A stretch of DNA of 64,000 nt from contig JAQFVV010000005.1 of NCBI GenBank assembly GCA_028023455.1, forward strand, positions 17,670,001 to 17,734,000, given 5' to 3'. Shown here in pieces: positions 1-14,420 of the stretch. Below the pieces are notes generated by a model. The model was given only the letters and a program-made list of their open reading frames with translations. It did not search any database and was not told the DNA's origin. The DNA is from Epiperipatus broadwayi. Its lineage: Eukaryota > Animalia > Onychophora. The translations under genes were made by a program, and so were the position numbers. The number at the start of each line of letters is the position of its first letter. Position 1 is the first letter of the stretch.

Positions 1-3000
1 TTCTTTCTTCACTATACATTTGCATAATTTTTCTTTACAACAAAAACGCATATTAAATTTTCCCATAGAGAAGAATAAAATAACTTCAAAGTAGCCTTAT
101 AAAATTGGTGCGTCATAATTTTTTTTTTTGACGGCAAGTAACTTCTCTTTTAAATTTTCATATAGCGTCCCCATTATATTTCTCTGAGTTATAATACTAA
201 GTTTCTGGTTGAGCATAAATAAAGCTGTATTAAGACACTTTCCAAATATTTTTCCTTCAGCAATATTTTTAGGTATTTTTCCTTGTACTTCCATCTCTAC
301 TGTAGGTTTTGATTAAACTCGAATAAAATTCCCTGGTAAGATAACTTTTAAAATTAGCAATCCATGTAGAGGCAGTCAAAATATATTATATGTTACAGAA
401 GAACTTTTAAAATAAATATAAAATTTTAAATTTATATCACTTTTCCAGCTATGGTGTTATCAGCTACAAAAATATGTTACTTTCTCTTTCACTTACACAT
501 TACTTCTCCCTCCCGCTTCGTATAATTCTTATATTTTGTCTGCTAATTTACCTCCGTTGATTGGTTAATGACTTTTTAGCGCGAACCAATTTATCCATTT
601 AGTTTGATAACAGAATAGACGTTTAAAATAAAGAATTGATGACGTAATGTCTTAAATATTATTTAGACTAGTATTTTTAACTTCAATTTTAGTTTCATCA
701 AAATTATTTAAACTTTTAAAAACAATTATTAAAACAATATTTAATATTTTAACTTTTACTTTAATGATCGATGGCAATTATATCTAGTTTCAAATTCACA
801 AACTTTATTATTATTTTAACAAGCGTGTGTGTGAAGGTATATAATATACAGTCACGTTTTTACTAACTTTATCAAATAATTTTTTATTTACGTCTCGGTC
901 TAAATTACCAAAACTGATATATTTTATAAAAATTTGGAAAATAATTAAAACTTGTAGAACTAAATATAATTCTCACCATCTTAAAGTCTATTTTAAAATA
1001 TACTCTATTAATTTTGGCTATTAAATACAATTATAATACTACATATAGCATTTATTTACTTTATTAGTTTTAAAAATATTATATTCAAATTATTATTATA
1101 CTTTTAACTATTCATAGCTGTGTTATTTTATATGGCCAGCTTTTACAACCATAAGCAATGATATTATTAAGCTTTATTTAACTGTTTTCTCTTAAAATAA
1201 TCTATTACATTTTTATATACCAGGTATTTTCAGCTTTAAATTGTATTATAAAATTTAATTATCCTACTATTATTTATATATCATACAAATATAACTTAAA
1301 ATTTAAAATTTTTTAATAATTGACCTTTCTACCTTATTATGACCTACAGATAAGGACACAATATATATATATTAAAAATATGGTACTTATTATATGGCAT
1401 AGATTTAATGCCAAAATTACATTATAAATATTAGAGGCTACAATGAATTGATAAATATTGTAAAATATCTTTAATATATTATTGTATTGTCTAATTTCTA
1501 GACCTGATTTGTATTTTTATATATGCATTCATAAAGGTCCTTCTGGTGGAAAGATAGCATATTCATTTGCTATAGGGATTTGAAACAAGGCCAGAAAAAT
1601 TATTTTCCAAAAGCTTAGTATTATTCTGCAATTCATTGATCCATAGACAAGCCATTTAACCATCCAATATTAGTCAGTAAATAGATATCTAGCTATTTTT
1701 GTCTAAAGAGTAAAACAAGGGTGGAAAAACATTCAAATCATCATTAACCAGAAATTGGAAAATACTAGTGAGTATTGCTTCTTATTTTAATGTGAGGAAT
1801 TGCTGTAGAAATCTTAGTAATGCAATGAACTACATGTAGATGCTTTTTTAAAAGCTTATATACAATCTTAAAAACTGATCAAAAAAAAAAACTTTTCCAA
1901 ACTTTATAGATTTTCCAAATGGTTGCTATTATATGATAATGAAAAAAAAAATGCTTATCAAGAGTTTGAGACACTATTAAAAATTACAGTGGGCAATGCA
2001 TATGTATATATTAATGTTAATAGATACTAGTAAAAATGATGGACCTAAAAGCTAAAGATTTCTGGACTAAAGTTCAACCTCTCACTTAAGGCACTTGAAA
2101 ATCTCATGACATTTCAAGTGACTATTTTTTCAATTATTTTTAAAATTATTTTCAATGTATTAACTGATTTTCTCTTGTATTATTACATAATTTAAAACAG
2201 TAAAGGTGTTTTCTGCATATTTATTTGTCTTTTAATTTGATGCATAGGTTAAACTCTTTTTAGTATTGGTAACATTAAAAAAATATAAATACTTATATCA
2301 TATAAAAACAACCAAAGTTTGATATAACAATACAATCTCCTGTCAAATAATCTCTATAAATAAAAGATGAATACTAAAGATGGATTCTTCCTGGAATCTA
2401 TATTTTATGTATACAGGTGGACTTAATAACAGATTGTAGATTCTATTGAAGTACTAAGCTTTGGTTACTATAATTACATTTAAAAACTACCTAGCTATTT
2501 TTTCAATTTTTAATTTAAATATTTGTATATATTTAGATGCATTCCTTACCTTGAAGACTTTTTAAAATATAATTAGTTATATTAAAAATTATGGTGTTAA
2601 AAGCAATTAAATCATTTGATACTCAAGAGACCATAAGATGATCAAGCATCAGAAATGAGCACTCATCTGACATTTTCAGTGCTTGGATGTCTTATGACTT
2701 CCAAAGCAATAAACTATTTGATTACTTTTACTATTAGCTTAACTTATTATATTTATAGATACACCCAAGACAAGAAACCTTTCAAATACATGGAAATATT
2801 CCAAAATTTGACTGATATTTAGTCAGACTCTAAATAACATTATAAACAAAAACTCAAAGAGCCACCATATATTTCTACTTACATTTTCTCTATCCATTTA
2901 ATTTCTTTTATTTATTTACTCTTTCAATTATCAATCTATCTATCTACTTATCTATGTTACCAGTTATATTTTTAAAAACAAAATATTTTTATATCTACAT

Positions 3001-3207
3001 ATTTCACTTTTTATATCTTTACTTATATATATATATATATATATTCTATTTAAACCTGATTCTATTTATCTAACTTGCTATTTCTCTTTGTTTATCTGTC
3101 AGTCAATAAATATATGCTTATCTATCCATCCATCCGTGTGTTTTATCCATCTATTGTATGTATTTCTCTGTCTACTTATCTATCTAATCCATCACTTGTT
3201 TATTTAT

Positions 3208-3818
<611 letters not shown>

Positions 3819-6800
3819 ACTTATTTCTGTCTTTCTACCCATTATTTTATTTATTTTTCTAACTACATATCTATAACTGCTTTAACTATTCACTATTCAA
3901 CACTTTCTATCTAGCTGATTATCTTTTTTATCTAGTTTTCAATTTATATATCTTTCTATTAGCTTTACTCTATTTTATATACTTGACATTTTCAGATAAA
4001 TGCAATCTAAAACACATTAGTAGTGATAAAGATGGTGATGATGCTGTTAAAAACAATATTAATTATTATTTTTAATAGGTATAATAGAATTACCAGTATT
4101 ATCGAAATAAATTATTTTTTCTTTAAAAAGTACTTATCAACTTTCAAATAATTATAGCCTATGAATAATCGTAATATGCTTTTAACAAAATTGCATTCCG
4201 GGATACCATCAAGGTATTATAAATTAAAATTAAAAAAAAAAAAAAAAGACTCAGGCAAAAATGTTTCAAGAAATTTTTTTCAAGAAACCGGATGCAATTA
4301 TGACAAATTGAACAATTGATACTTTAAAAAAAAATAAAACAAAAATAAATTTAATATATACTATAACTTTAGCTTTGGCAGAAGCTAAATGTTAAGGCAA
4401 ATTGTGTGTCAAGATATCTAAAAAAAAATTATATAGTTTAATTTTGTTATGAATAAATTGTTGCTAGTACTTTATAAGACTATAAATTTTTGCATATAAA
4501 AGTTATTATAGTAATATTTTATACATTCAAATATCAGCCTTTTAAGCTAATTGTGCATACGCTTTGCGAGTGTTAATAATAAATGAATACTTTCTCACCA
4601 ATACAAGATATAGTATTTATGCAGGAATAAAAGGAATCCTCTTATTCCTATGACTCAAATGCTTATATATGAGCAAATCTGAAGTACTGGCAAGTAAAGC
4701 GTGAGGATGGAACCGTCACTTTAAATTACTATATACGATGTCTGAATGAATGACATGAGGGAAATTGTCTAGAATTTACTAAACGTCATTCCAACTGAAA
4801 CTTAATCATATGTAAACAAGCATTTATAGATTATACAACTGTAAAATAATTTTTACACAGCTTAAATTGTAATAGTTTTAAGCCTAAATACGGGTGTAAG
4901 ATAGTAAAGTTTTTAATTTTTTTTAGATGATAAATAATACATTTTAGAGTTAATAATGCTAATTTAATCATAATATAACTAAAATGTTTTAAAAAACTTG
5001 TATTAAATTTAAGAAACCAGATTTAAACTCTATATTTTGGATTGCTGGTGTTTAAATTAAAGCTATACTATTTTAATTCATTTTAATTTTAAAACATAAT
5101 ATTCTAGTTAAATATTTTTAGACTCATTTACCTAGAAAGAGTATAATAAAGCTACTAATTAAAAATAGGATTTTTAAAAGCAATAGATAAATGAATGACT
5201 GAATAAATGAGTGAATAAAAATTAAATTTTAACATTATTTATTTTTAAAATATTATCAAATATCTAATTTTAAAAGATAGTTTTAAATTTACATTCTGAG
5301 ATTTGTCTAGATTTAAACATTAATAAATGTTATATTAAATATTGTTTGTAATATTGTTTTAATATAATGTAAATTTCATTATGAAATATTTTTGTTTTAT
5401 CTTGGTGTTTGTATTTTCATTTGCAACCAGAAGTGTTTTTAATTTTTTTTTTTCAATTGTCTAGACAAAAATTGACTTATTTAAAATATGAATATTAATT
5501 AGATAAATTTTTACCTAACAACCTTCCCTGGTTACAATTTATCAGGAATCAAATTAATAAGGAATTGTGCAAAGATTAAATGGTTAATCACATGTTTTGT
5601 AAAAAGATCACATGACTAGTAGTATAAATAGGTGAGATTGCCATCTTCTCAAGGTCCTCAATTAGTTTTAATTTTAATTTTGTTTGTAGCAATTGAATTT
5701 TAAAAACTCCAGTTAAATTTTAAAAGTATAATTTTCTTTAATTTTTTTTAAAGTTCAGTATGATAGATTGAATTAAAATTATCTAGGCACACTTCTCTGA
5801 ACTGAAACACCAAGGGAACTGAAATCTTTATACCTGTCAGCTTCAGTGGTAATATCATTATTACAATGTTTAGATGTTATTTTTAAAATTTTCTGCATTG
5901 GATAATTTCAGCAGTTATTGTTATTATTGCAATTATACTGATTCAAAAACTATTGTCAATTGCAAAGTCCATTTGACTGCCAGCATTATAGTTAAAGTTG
6001 CCATAGAATATTTAAATTTCTTATTGGCAAGAATGTAACACAAAGCATTAAGAATTTCTTGATATTTTATGTAAAACATTCATTCATAGCAAATATTATT
6101 AGGAATTTATTTACTTTGAATAAATAACTTTTAATTCATTAGATAAGAACTATATTTTGATATGATGAATATATCTACCAGACATTTTAAAATAATTTAT
6201 TAAGTCTAGAAAAGAAAGATTTAAATTAATAATAATTTATACTTCAATAAAAATGTATTTGTGCTGATTTGACATATTGTTAACTTATGACAGCACGAAT
6301 AAAAAAACTCACTTATTATGACTATTTTCATCCCCCTGAAAAAATTTTTTTTTCTCTCCAAGCAAGGATAATAAAAAAATAAACTTGTAATTAACTGTTA
6401 ATAAATAATATGTAAAATTTAAAAGTTTTTCACTTCATGAAATCAGAAAATATACCTGTAGAATGAAATTATATTTAAATGAACTCAAATGATTTTTCTC
6501 CATTTGAAGATTTATGCCTGAAATGATTGAAAACCTGCAAGTTATTTTTTACCTCCAAACATGGTCATAAATATATTTTAATTTAATATTTTTTCTCCTG
6601 CAATTATTTGATAGTTTGGTAAATATTATTTACCAGAAGTATTATGCTATAAAATATTTTCATTATGAATACAATTTAGAATAATTTGTATAATGGATTA
6701 AGTTGAAAATCTGAATTTAAATTCTTGTGAACTATTTATTTCAACTTAATAAACATATATTATAATTTATATTCATGGATATTTGTTTGAATGGCCATAA

Positions 6801-7479
6801 ATTTATCCTATATTTACTATCAGAATTATCTGAAATCTTACTAAGGATATCCAAAATAAATGTTCTATATTTCAGGGTTATAGAATTTAATATCAGTTAT
6901 ATTGTATTATACAATGGATATGTTTGCTGTCTACAAGATGTTGTTGCCAACATTACTCTTCATGTTCCAGTTTAACAGAGAATGATTCAAGAAAAAAGCC
7001 GGACTATTCTTTAATTTATTTATTGGCTGGTAAAAAAGGGTTGAATTTGTATTATTATTTTGCATACCATGATTTATTTATGTGCATATTATTTTAATAT
7101 TGTATATGCTATATTTTAAAATATTATAGGTTAAAGTTCTCAGAATAGTACTTTATCATATTTGCATATTTAAGTAGTGTGTTTCCCTTTTTACATATTA
7201 TTTATTTATGGAGGTATATTGTTATGCTGTAAGCTGAATAAGTAGATGTATGTTTCTATTGTTTATTTTTATGTTTATTTATTGCCTAATGTTAATAGAG
7301 CCATATTTGGCATTAGTTATTATTATTATTTATCATATTTCACATTTGTTAGCTTAGTATTTTTCTTAGATATAGTAAATTTATTCTCTTTACCTTAGGA
7401 GTACTTATGTATGCCACTATATCTATCAACGTAGTTCTAGACTCTATTATTATTTTGCTAGCTTATTTTTCGAGATGGT

Positions 7480-7700
7480 AGTATTTATCTCTATCTCTTA
7501 TTTATTGTCCTATTAGCATTTGTATGTTCATAACATATATTTTGGAGATTGTTGCTTGATTCTCTATTTTTAAGACAATTCCTATTTAATGTTTTGTCGC
7601 TGATGCATATTCTAATTATTTTCCTTCCTAGTGACAAAGTCCTAAACCCTTTATTAGTCCTCAAAAGTAGGCGCATTCTTATGAGTTTTTACTTTGCTTT
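7480..7700 (-). mobile_element. Possible highly degenerate CR1/L2-like reverse transcriptase remnant
   Basis: Minus-strand KGFRTLSLGRKIIRICISDKTLNRNCLKNRES loosely resembles the CR1 RT segment KAFDTVPHxRLLxKLxxYGIxGKTLxWIxxFLxNRxQ. Weak similarity only. Confidence 0.3.
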
Positions 7701-10150
7701 ACTTTATTACTTGAAGATGGATTTTATTTGTAGTTTGAAGTATGTTTAGTAAAGCCTGTGTAATATTTTACCATGGTTTTACCTCACATTGAGGAATTCT
7801 ACCTTACCTCTATAGCATTCTTGGTTGGCTGAAATGTGAATAATTCATTATAAATGCGTAAGTTCTATATTTGAGCTTTGCTAATAATGAGAACTAAATA
7901 CAATAAATAATTAATTCAAACATTTTAAAAGTGTATTCAAGACACAAATAGACAATATATATTTTTCTTATGACTCTTTCATCACTGTATTGGTAAGCTA
8001 TTATTACTGAGTATGTTAAATATTTATAAAAGGGACACTTTATATAAAAGTTATTATCATTATATATTTTAATCTGCTGGATTATTTTTGTTTAATCCAA
8101 CTGAATTTATTTTTATAAAACATGATGTAAATTTTTAAATCTTTCATCTTAATTTTGATGAAGTAAAGTTGTGAATGCCTTTGGCTAAGTGGACTCAGAT
8201 ATGAAATATTGTAATTGTTTCTTATACAATAAATACTTGTTTTTGTTATTTAAGAAATTTCTCATAGTTGTTTATTCACATGATTCCACTTACCAATCAG
8301 AAATCATGTCACATATTGATTAGAAGTCTAAGTTCTTAGATTATAAATTATTTTGCTTAATAAAGAATTACAATTGGACATGTCATTTTGGATCACTTTA
8401 ACTAATTCAATTTTCTCATTTCAAATCACTGTACATGCTCATTTTAAAAATCATTTTCATATATGAAGATCATATTTATTATTTTATAATAAAATTAATC
8501 TTATTAGAACTTAGTTCATATGTAGAAAGTGATAAAGGAGGTTTATTCTAGGGTATTTAAATGGTTACAAAATCCCTTACCCATTCTTAATATCTGACTG
8601 TAATTCTAGATTATTCAGTATCTTATTCTAAAATTAAGAGATCATATTTTATTTTATTTAAATTAGTAATAATGTTATTATTGTAATATATTAGCTTAGG
8701 GGAACTGAATGTCTTATTTATTTTGTTAACTAGGATTTCATTCAATATTGAATAAATCTAAAGAATCAAAAACAATTTATTTTATAATTTAAATGAGATC
8801 ATATTATCCTGAGATACCCTGATTTGTTTAACAAACCATATTATTTTAATTTACTTTGATAATGAAAACAGCACATTCAAAGATGGATCTTATGTGGCCT
8901 AGATTTTAAAATAACATTTCTAAATTTTATAAGAATTGAATGAATGTCATTTTATCTGATCATAGCAATGAAATACTTAGAAGATATTTAGAAGATGGAT
9001 TTTAAAAAAAGGAAGTTGTAGTAGATAATTGTAGAAGAAAGAAATTTAAATGTAACCTCAATGACATATGCTCACAATATTAAGATTCTTTTATGTGTGA
9101 TAAAATCAATTGAGATTTCTCTTTCTCTTGATTTATTAATAATATTGCTTTATATTTACATAATATTTTATTATAAATGGTTTCCCTGTATATCTTGTTA
9201 TTGTAACATATGACATTTTATGTTTTATAAACCCTCTGAGCTTAGCTATATCATGTGAGATTTTACCCTTAAACATCTCCATGTTTCTAGCTTACAATTT
9301 AGCTAACTTTATAGGCTACAATTTGGCTCCAAGAATTTGCACTGATCACTCATCGATTGTTGATTTTTAGGTTACGATACATATAAACAAAATCCATTGG
9401 TTCGACCAATCTGTAATATATATATATAACAAATTACTATTTGATTTTGAAGATGTTTACAATGCAGTGCCTTCCCATAAATTGAAATCCAAATCCAGTC
9501 AAAACTTTTTAAAAAGTTGAGAATTTCCCAAACAAATTTAATACAAATACCCAGCCCAATAGTTAACTTAGCTAATAATCCAATGCTAGTCGGTAAATGG
9601 ATATCTCACTAATCTTACATATAGGATAAAGTTTTTCAAAATAACTGCAGTTGGTCGAGTGCTGTAGTCAGTTTCAGGCATGTACAGGTTCTGAGATCAT
9701 GGTTTACTTGTTACCTTACTTGATGTCATAAATTTACATCGCTGTGATGCCTTTGCATGCATTATTAGTGCTGCAATAATTATAAATTGCTCACATACTC
9801 TTGTAGAGTGTAATTTTACATTTCATTACAATTTAAGTATTATCATTATATATACACATAATTGTTTATGATTATTTGATGGGTTACTTTGTGTATCTGG
9901 TTTGAAACTACTGTGATTAGAAAAGGAAACATTGGTCTGTTTTATTTTATTTTCTATCAAAATACCAGAAGACATTAAAAAAAAAAATCTAGGTAATATT
10001 TCTTAGCAATTGCAAAGCATCTTATTCAGAGCTTACTTTTTCTTAAATTATAAATATCTTTTTTTTAATTCTTAAGCACTAATTACAAATAATTAGATAA
10101 ATAATTTATGTTGTTAATTTAAATTAATCACTATTTTATACAATGTTCTT

Positions 10151-10251
10151 TTTTTTTTTTTCATATGTCATAGCATCGGCCGGGAAGCGAACCCGCAACC
10201 CGGGACAACTGTGTGTAAGGCAGCTGTGCTGACCACTCGACCACCAACGCT
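10151..10251 (-). mobile_element. Short tRNA-derived SINE / retroposed tRNA-like element, copy 1
   Basis: Minus strand reads GCGTTGGTGGTCGAGTGGTCAGCAC...GGGTTGCGGGTTCGCTTCCCGGCCGATGC-TATGACA-poly(A). It has A-box-like and B-box-like motifs and an acceptor stem GCGTTGG/CCGATGC. 7-bp TSD TGTTCTT at 10144-10150 and 10252-10258. Confidence 0.85.
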
Positions 10252-11356
10252 TGTTCTTGTAACACATTTCAACTGAACTATCATTTTAGATGGGCCGGGT
10301 ATTTGACACTCTCAAATATATAATATTTAAACAAATTCTCATATAATAATAAATTATAAGTGAAATTATTTCACTTGTTATATCTTAAACACTTTAGACT
10401 ACATCAATTAGTGCCTGATAGTTGGAATTTACTGCATACTTACGATAATAATGTAAAACCACTCATAGTTAAACAACTACTTGAGTATTTTATAGTATTT
10501 TATTAACTATTATTCATTTCCTTATCACAATGATAGATTTTAAAACTATTAAAGAGTATATATATATTAAATAAATTTATTAATCATTTATTTTAATATG
10601 GATTACACATTGTTCTTCAACATAATCAATAAAATGGTACTAATTACTTAGCCAGGCTTGATCTCTTGATGGTATAGTCGTCAGTCAAAAACAATACAAT
10701 CCAACGTTACCGGCCTGTGATTTTTAAAATACGGCAACTTTTTTTTTTTGGCTTTATTTATATTACGTGATTTCTATTTAGCGATTTTTAAAAACAACTT
10801 TTACTATTAATTAAATTATTTTATCCTTTTATTTTTTTCTATTACGTCTTTAATTTTTTATTTTTAGGGTTTTTTTTGTTTCTTCCTACTAACAAATTGC
10901 AATAATAAAAATTATACACAAACACATCTTTACCGCAGATATGTCTTGATTTCATGTTTATCTTATTGTTTGATTACAAAGACTTATGAGAAATTCTTTT
11001 GAATTAATGAATGAGCTTTCCAGAATTGATAATTTAATATAACGTCTATATATATGACAGAAAGAATATGCTAATACATATAAACCTAGGTTTGAATCCA
11101 TATCAAATTAAATTTTTCAACAGACTTAGGACTTTTCTTTTGAGTAGCCACTTAAAAGGTAAAATACACAACATTAGTCAATAAATAGTGCATGCATTAA
11201 TGGTAGATGCAGTTTAACTGTCACTCGTAGTGGTCAAATTCTTATGATCCCCTGAACAATAGCCCACTAATGTCATTTGTCTGAATTCAAGTTATAATGA
11301 TTCATGGATGACAGCTCTGCTTTGTGTCTTCTGCTGTTTGAAAATCGTATAATCTT

Positions 11357-11462
11357 GTCTTGCATTGGTGGTCGAGAGGTCAGCGCGACTGCCTTGCACT
11401 TGCAGGCAGTTGCCCGGGTTGCGGGTTCGCGTCCCGGCCAATGCTATGACACTTAAAAAAAA
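11357..11462 (+). mobile_element. Short tRNA-derived SINE / retroposed tRNA-like element, copy 2
   Basis: GCATTGG...CCAATGC acceptor stem matching eukaryotic tRNA-Gly (11362-11444), followed by TATGACACTT-poly(A). 16-bp TSD AAAATCGTATAATCTT at 11341-11356 and 11463-11478. Confidence 0.9.
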
Positions 11463-12664
11463 AAAATCGTATAATCTTTTGAGTGACAAATCATTCGATC
11501 AATAACGATATTCTTAGTTAAAGGACAAAATAAAAAAACAATTCAGCTCTCATCACCCAGATATTGGAAAATCTGGTGAGTTTTGCCTTCTCTTTTATTG
11601 TTCTTTTATAAGAATTGTCGGAGATCATGTAAAGGCTGCTTTTACCATTTATATATAGCAAATTATTAATAATGCCTATGTAGTTTGTGCAGTGAGAGTG
11701 ATAGAGGTTTAATGGATCGCAGCCCAGCACTATTCGAATTTCTACGAACTCTTGATTTAATGAATTTTTAATTTTTTTTACTCAAGTATATCAACAAAGT
11801 TTTTTTTCTACTTGAAATAGCTGTATTTTTTTTGTCTCCACACATAAGTATTATTATTATTGTAATTTATTTCTCTGATTAAAAAAAAAAGAAAGTTAAT
11901 CACAGCAGAGATACTTTGAATTGTGTAAAACAATTTACCTTGCCGTAAAGAAAATGTTCTTTTAATGCCCCCCCCCCCCCATAAAAATGATATAAAAATG
12001 TTATAATAATTATAACAAAGCCTACATGATAAATATATAATAACAGCTTCCAGCGTGACTCGGAGTAGAGAATGCAAATTTAGTTTATGACTAATAGAAA
12101 AGTAATTTTAATTATCAGACTTTCAAGGTAATTAATATCTTGAAAATAAGTTTTTAAAATAATATTACTTGATACAATAAAATAAGGATAATTGAATGGA
12201 AAATACAGATTCTTTAGATCAGTTATTTTAATTTATTGCACCAACTTTATAGTAATTACAAATATCTGTTTGGCGATTATGCCAATGATTATGGACTAAT
12301 ATTAATTATATTTAAAAACTGCATTTAGTATGTAAATATATATAGATCAAGTGAAAAAAAATAGTGATTATTTGGAAAGAGGAGGATGTAATGTTCAAAT
12401 CCGGTGTAATTTAGCTTAGTAGTAATGTGATAGATTTAAGAGCTAAAAGTTCCTGAATCAAAGCTCAACGTATTCCTTCCCGTGATCGAATGTTACATGA
12501 CTTTCAAGCAATTGCTACGCAGTTATTTAGGTCTAAATATTAATAAACAAAGTCGAACCTTTTCACTATTATTTGCAAATTTCCAATATATTGTAGCAAT
12601 AGTTAAAATTTAGATACAAACATAGTTTAGTTTTGCCACATTGCAAGATAACAAATACTGAAAA

Positions 12665-12898
12665 TTAATATGAAAAGATATGTCAAAACAAAATTAGATT
12701 AATAGTACTAAGGTAGCTTTCTGCAAATTTTCACCAAAATCATAGTGCAGAATAACACCACCCAGTTGGTAGTCCGAATATATAGTAGTTGGAAAATATG
12801 TAAATTTGTCCCAGTTTGCACATTATATGTTCCATTTCTTAGATAGCTAGCTTAATACTATTAATCTAATTTTGTTTTGGCATACCTCTTCATATTAA
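12665..12898. mobile_element. MITE-like element with ~48-bp inverted termini
   Basis: 12665-12712 (TTAATATGAAAAGATATGTCAAAACAAAATTAGATTAATAGTACTAAG) is the near-exact reverse complement of 12851-12898. Confidence 0.6.
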
Positions 12899-13169
12899 CT
12901 TGAAAACTCAAGTTCTTCAAGTATTACATAATTATATGAAAAGAGTTTAATCTTTGTGATTTAAATACTGAATATAATTTTTTTAGTCTTCTAGATTAAG
13001 TGTTTTCTAACCAATTAGCCCAATAATAAAGTTTTTGAATGGTAACAAAAGATTTCTAAATTGACCCCTGGATGAAAAAAAAAAAGGAAGGGGAGAATAA
13101 AACTGTTGTGTTCTTTTCATAATTTTTATTAGTCATTCATTAGACTAGAGATTATCCAACAATGAATAA

Positions 13170-13620
13170 TATTTCTGTAGTGTAATTTTCACTATACCAC
13201 TCTCATGCAAGATAAGAACTGATGTTAAAAGTTTTGAATAGAAACCAGTCCCTACCTTGTGAGAGAGTGATGTAGTAAAGATTACATTGCAGAAATATTA
13301 TTTATTGGATAATCACTAGTCTAATGAATGATTAATGAGGGCAGCATGTTTGACACTTTATCAAATAAACTGTCATTATTTGCTATCTATATCTATATAT
13401 ATATATTGGCAATATTAAAGATATGTGTAAGACATAGTGGTCTGGGCCAACTGATGAGTGCTGATTCAGTATGAAATGTGCATCTTGGGAATCATACATC
13501 TTTTTCACATGTCTTTGGTCATATGTCCATGGTTATATCCCTCTACAAGGTGCTAAAAGTGAATAGAATCCAGTCTATCTTGTGTGAGAGTAGGGTAGTG
13601 AAAATTACACTATAGAAATA
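13170..13620. repeat. ~50-bp inverted repeats (plus a third internal copy at ~13250-13297) enclosing a hammerhead motif
   Basis: TATTTCTGTAGTGTAATTTTCACTATACCACTCTC at 13170 pairs with GAGAGTAGGGTAGTGAAAATTACACTATAGAAATA ending at 13620. Confidence 0.65.
13447..13488 (+). ncRNA. Type I minimal hammerhead ribozyme motif, family B copy 1
   Basis: CCAA-CTGATGA-GTGCTG(ATT)CAGTAT-GAAA-TGTGCA-TC|TTGG. Core is intact, stem I 4 bp, stem II 6 bp, short near-palindromic stem III (ATGTGCAT), AUC triplet. Confidence 0.75.
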
Positions 13621-14069
13621 GTATTGTGTTATACGTATTAACTATTTCAGTTTTCAAGATCATATACTCTCATAACCAATAGCTAATCAAATGATTGAAT
13701 CAATTAGTTTGAAGAAGCATTGAACCAGATCATATTTTCAAATAAATTTTAAATTTATTTCTGACAAATTATAATCTATTATAGATCATGAACAGAACAC
13801 TCCTACACAAGCATTTGGGGATAAATGGGCACCTAGAACATTAATAATAGTTAATCCTATATAATAATAAATTTAAAGAGAAAGCAATCCCATGACTAAA
13901 TATGCAAAATGATGAAATGAATGACCAAGAAATATTCCACGCTAGCAATCATATGGATGACTGTATATGTAAAATTTATAAAATTCTAATGTTTTTATTT
14001 AATTATTTTTCAAAAAATTGATTTTAGAAATATTTGTAACCAAATGGATTTTATAAATACACCACCGAA

Positions 14070-14420
14070 GACTCATTTATGAATATTCCTCAGATCTGCT
14101 ATAATATGAATTATGGATATTCTACAGAGATATAAACTATGAATATTGCATAAAACATCTGTTGTAATATAAATTATGAATATTGTAATTAGAATAAAAC
14201 ATGCTATTATATGAATTATGAATATTGTAATAAGTCCAGGCATGATATGAATACTTTATTAAAGGTCTGTTGTGGTTTAAACTGTAGATACTCCATAAAA
14301 AAGCTCTCTATGAACTAGAATTCTTCAAAATTAGAGTTGCCATCAGATGAGTTATGAACATTCAGCAAAATAGTTGTCATGAGATAAACTTGAATAATTC
14401 ATACAAAAACTCATAATATG
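14070..14420. repeat. Degenerate AT-rich minisatellite with recurring TATGAATAT / ATATGAATTATG core
   Basis: The motif recurs about 8-10 times at irregular 20-45 bp spacing. No coding signature found. Confidence 0.5.

Noticed and set aside
4680-4800. Possible mitochondrial/LSU rRNA fragment (NUMT)
   Set aside because: Only scattered short matches (ATGAATG...GAGG...TGTCT). The conserved flanking rRNA motifs are absent.
11546-11660. Candidate micro-exons around a GTGAGT donor
   Set aside because: The implied intron is ~37 nt and no recognisable peptide results.
13219-13255. CTGATGT...GAAACCAGTC hammerhead-like string
   Set aside because: A9 is missing, stem I does not form, and the ACTG/CAGT bases are part of the surrounding inverted repeat.
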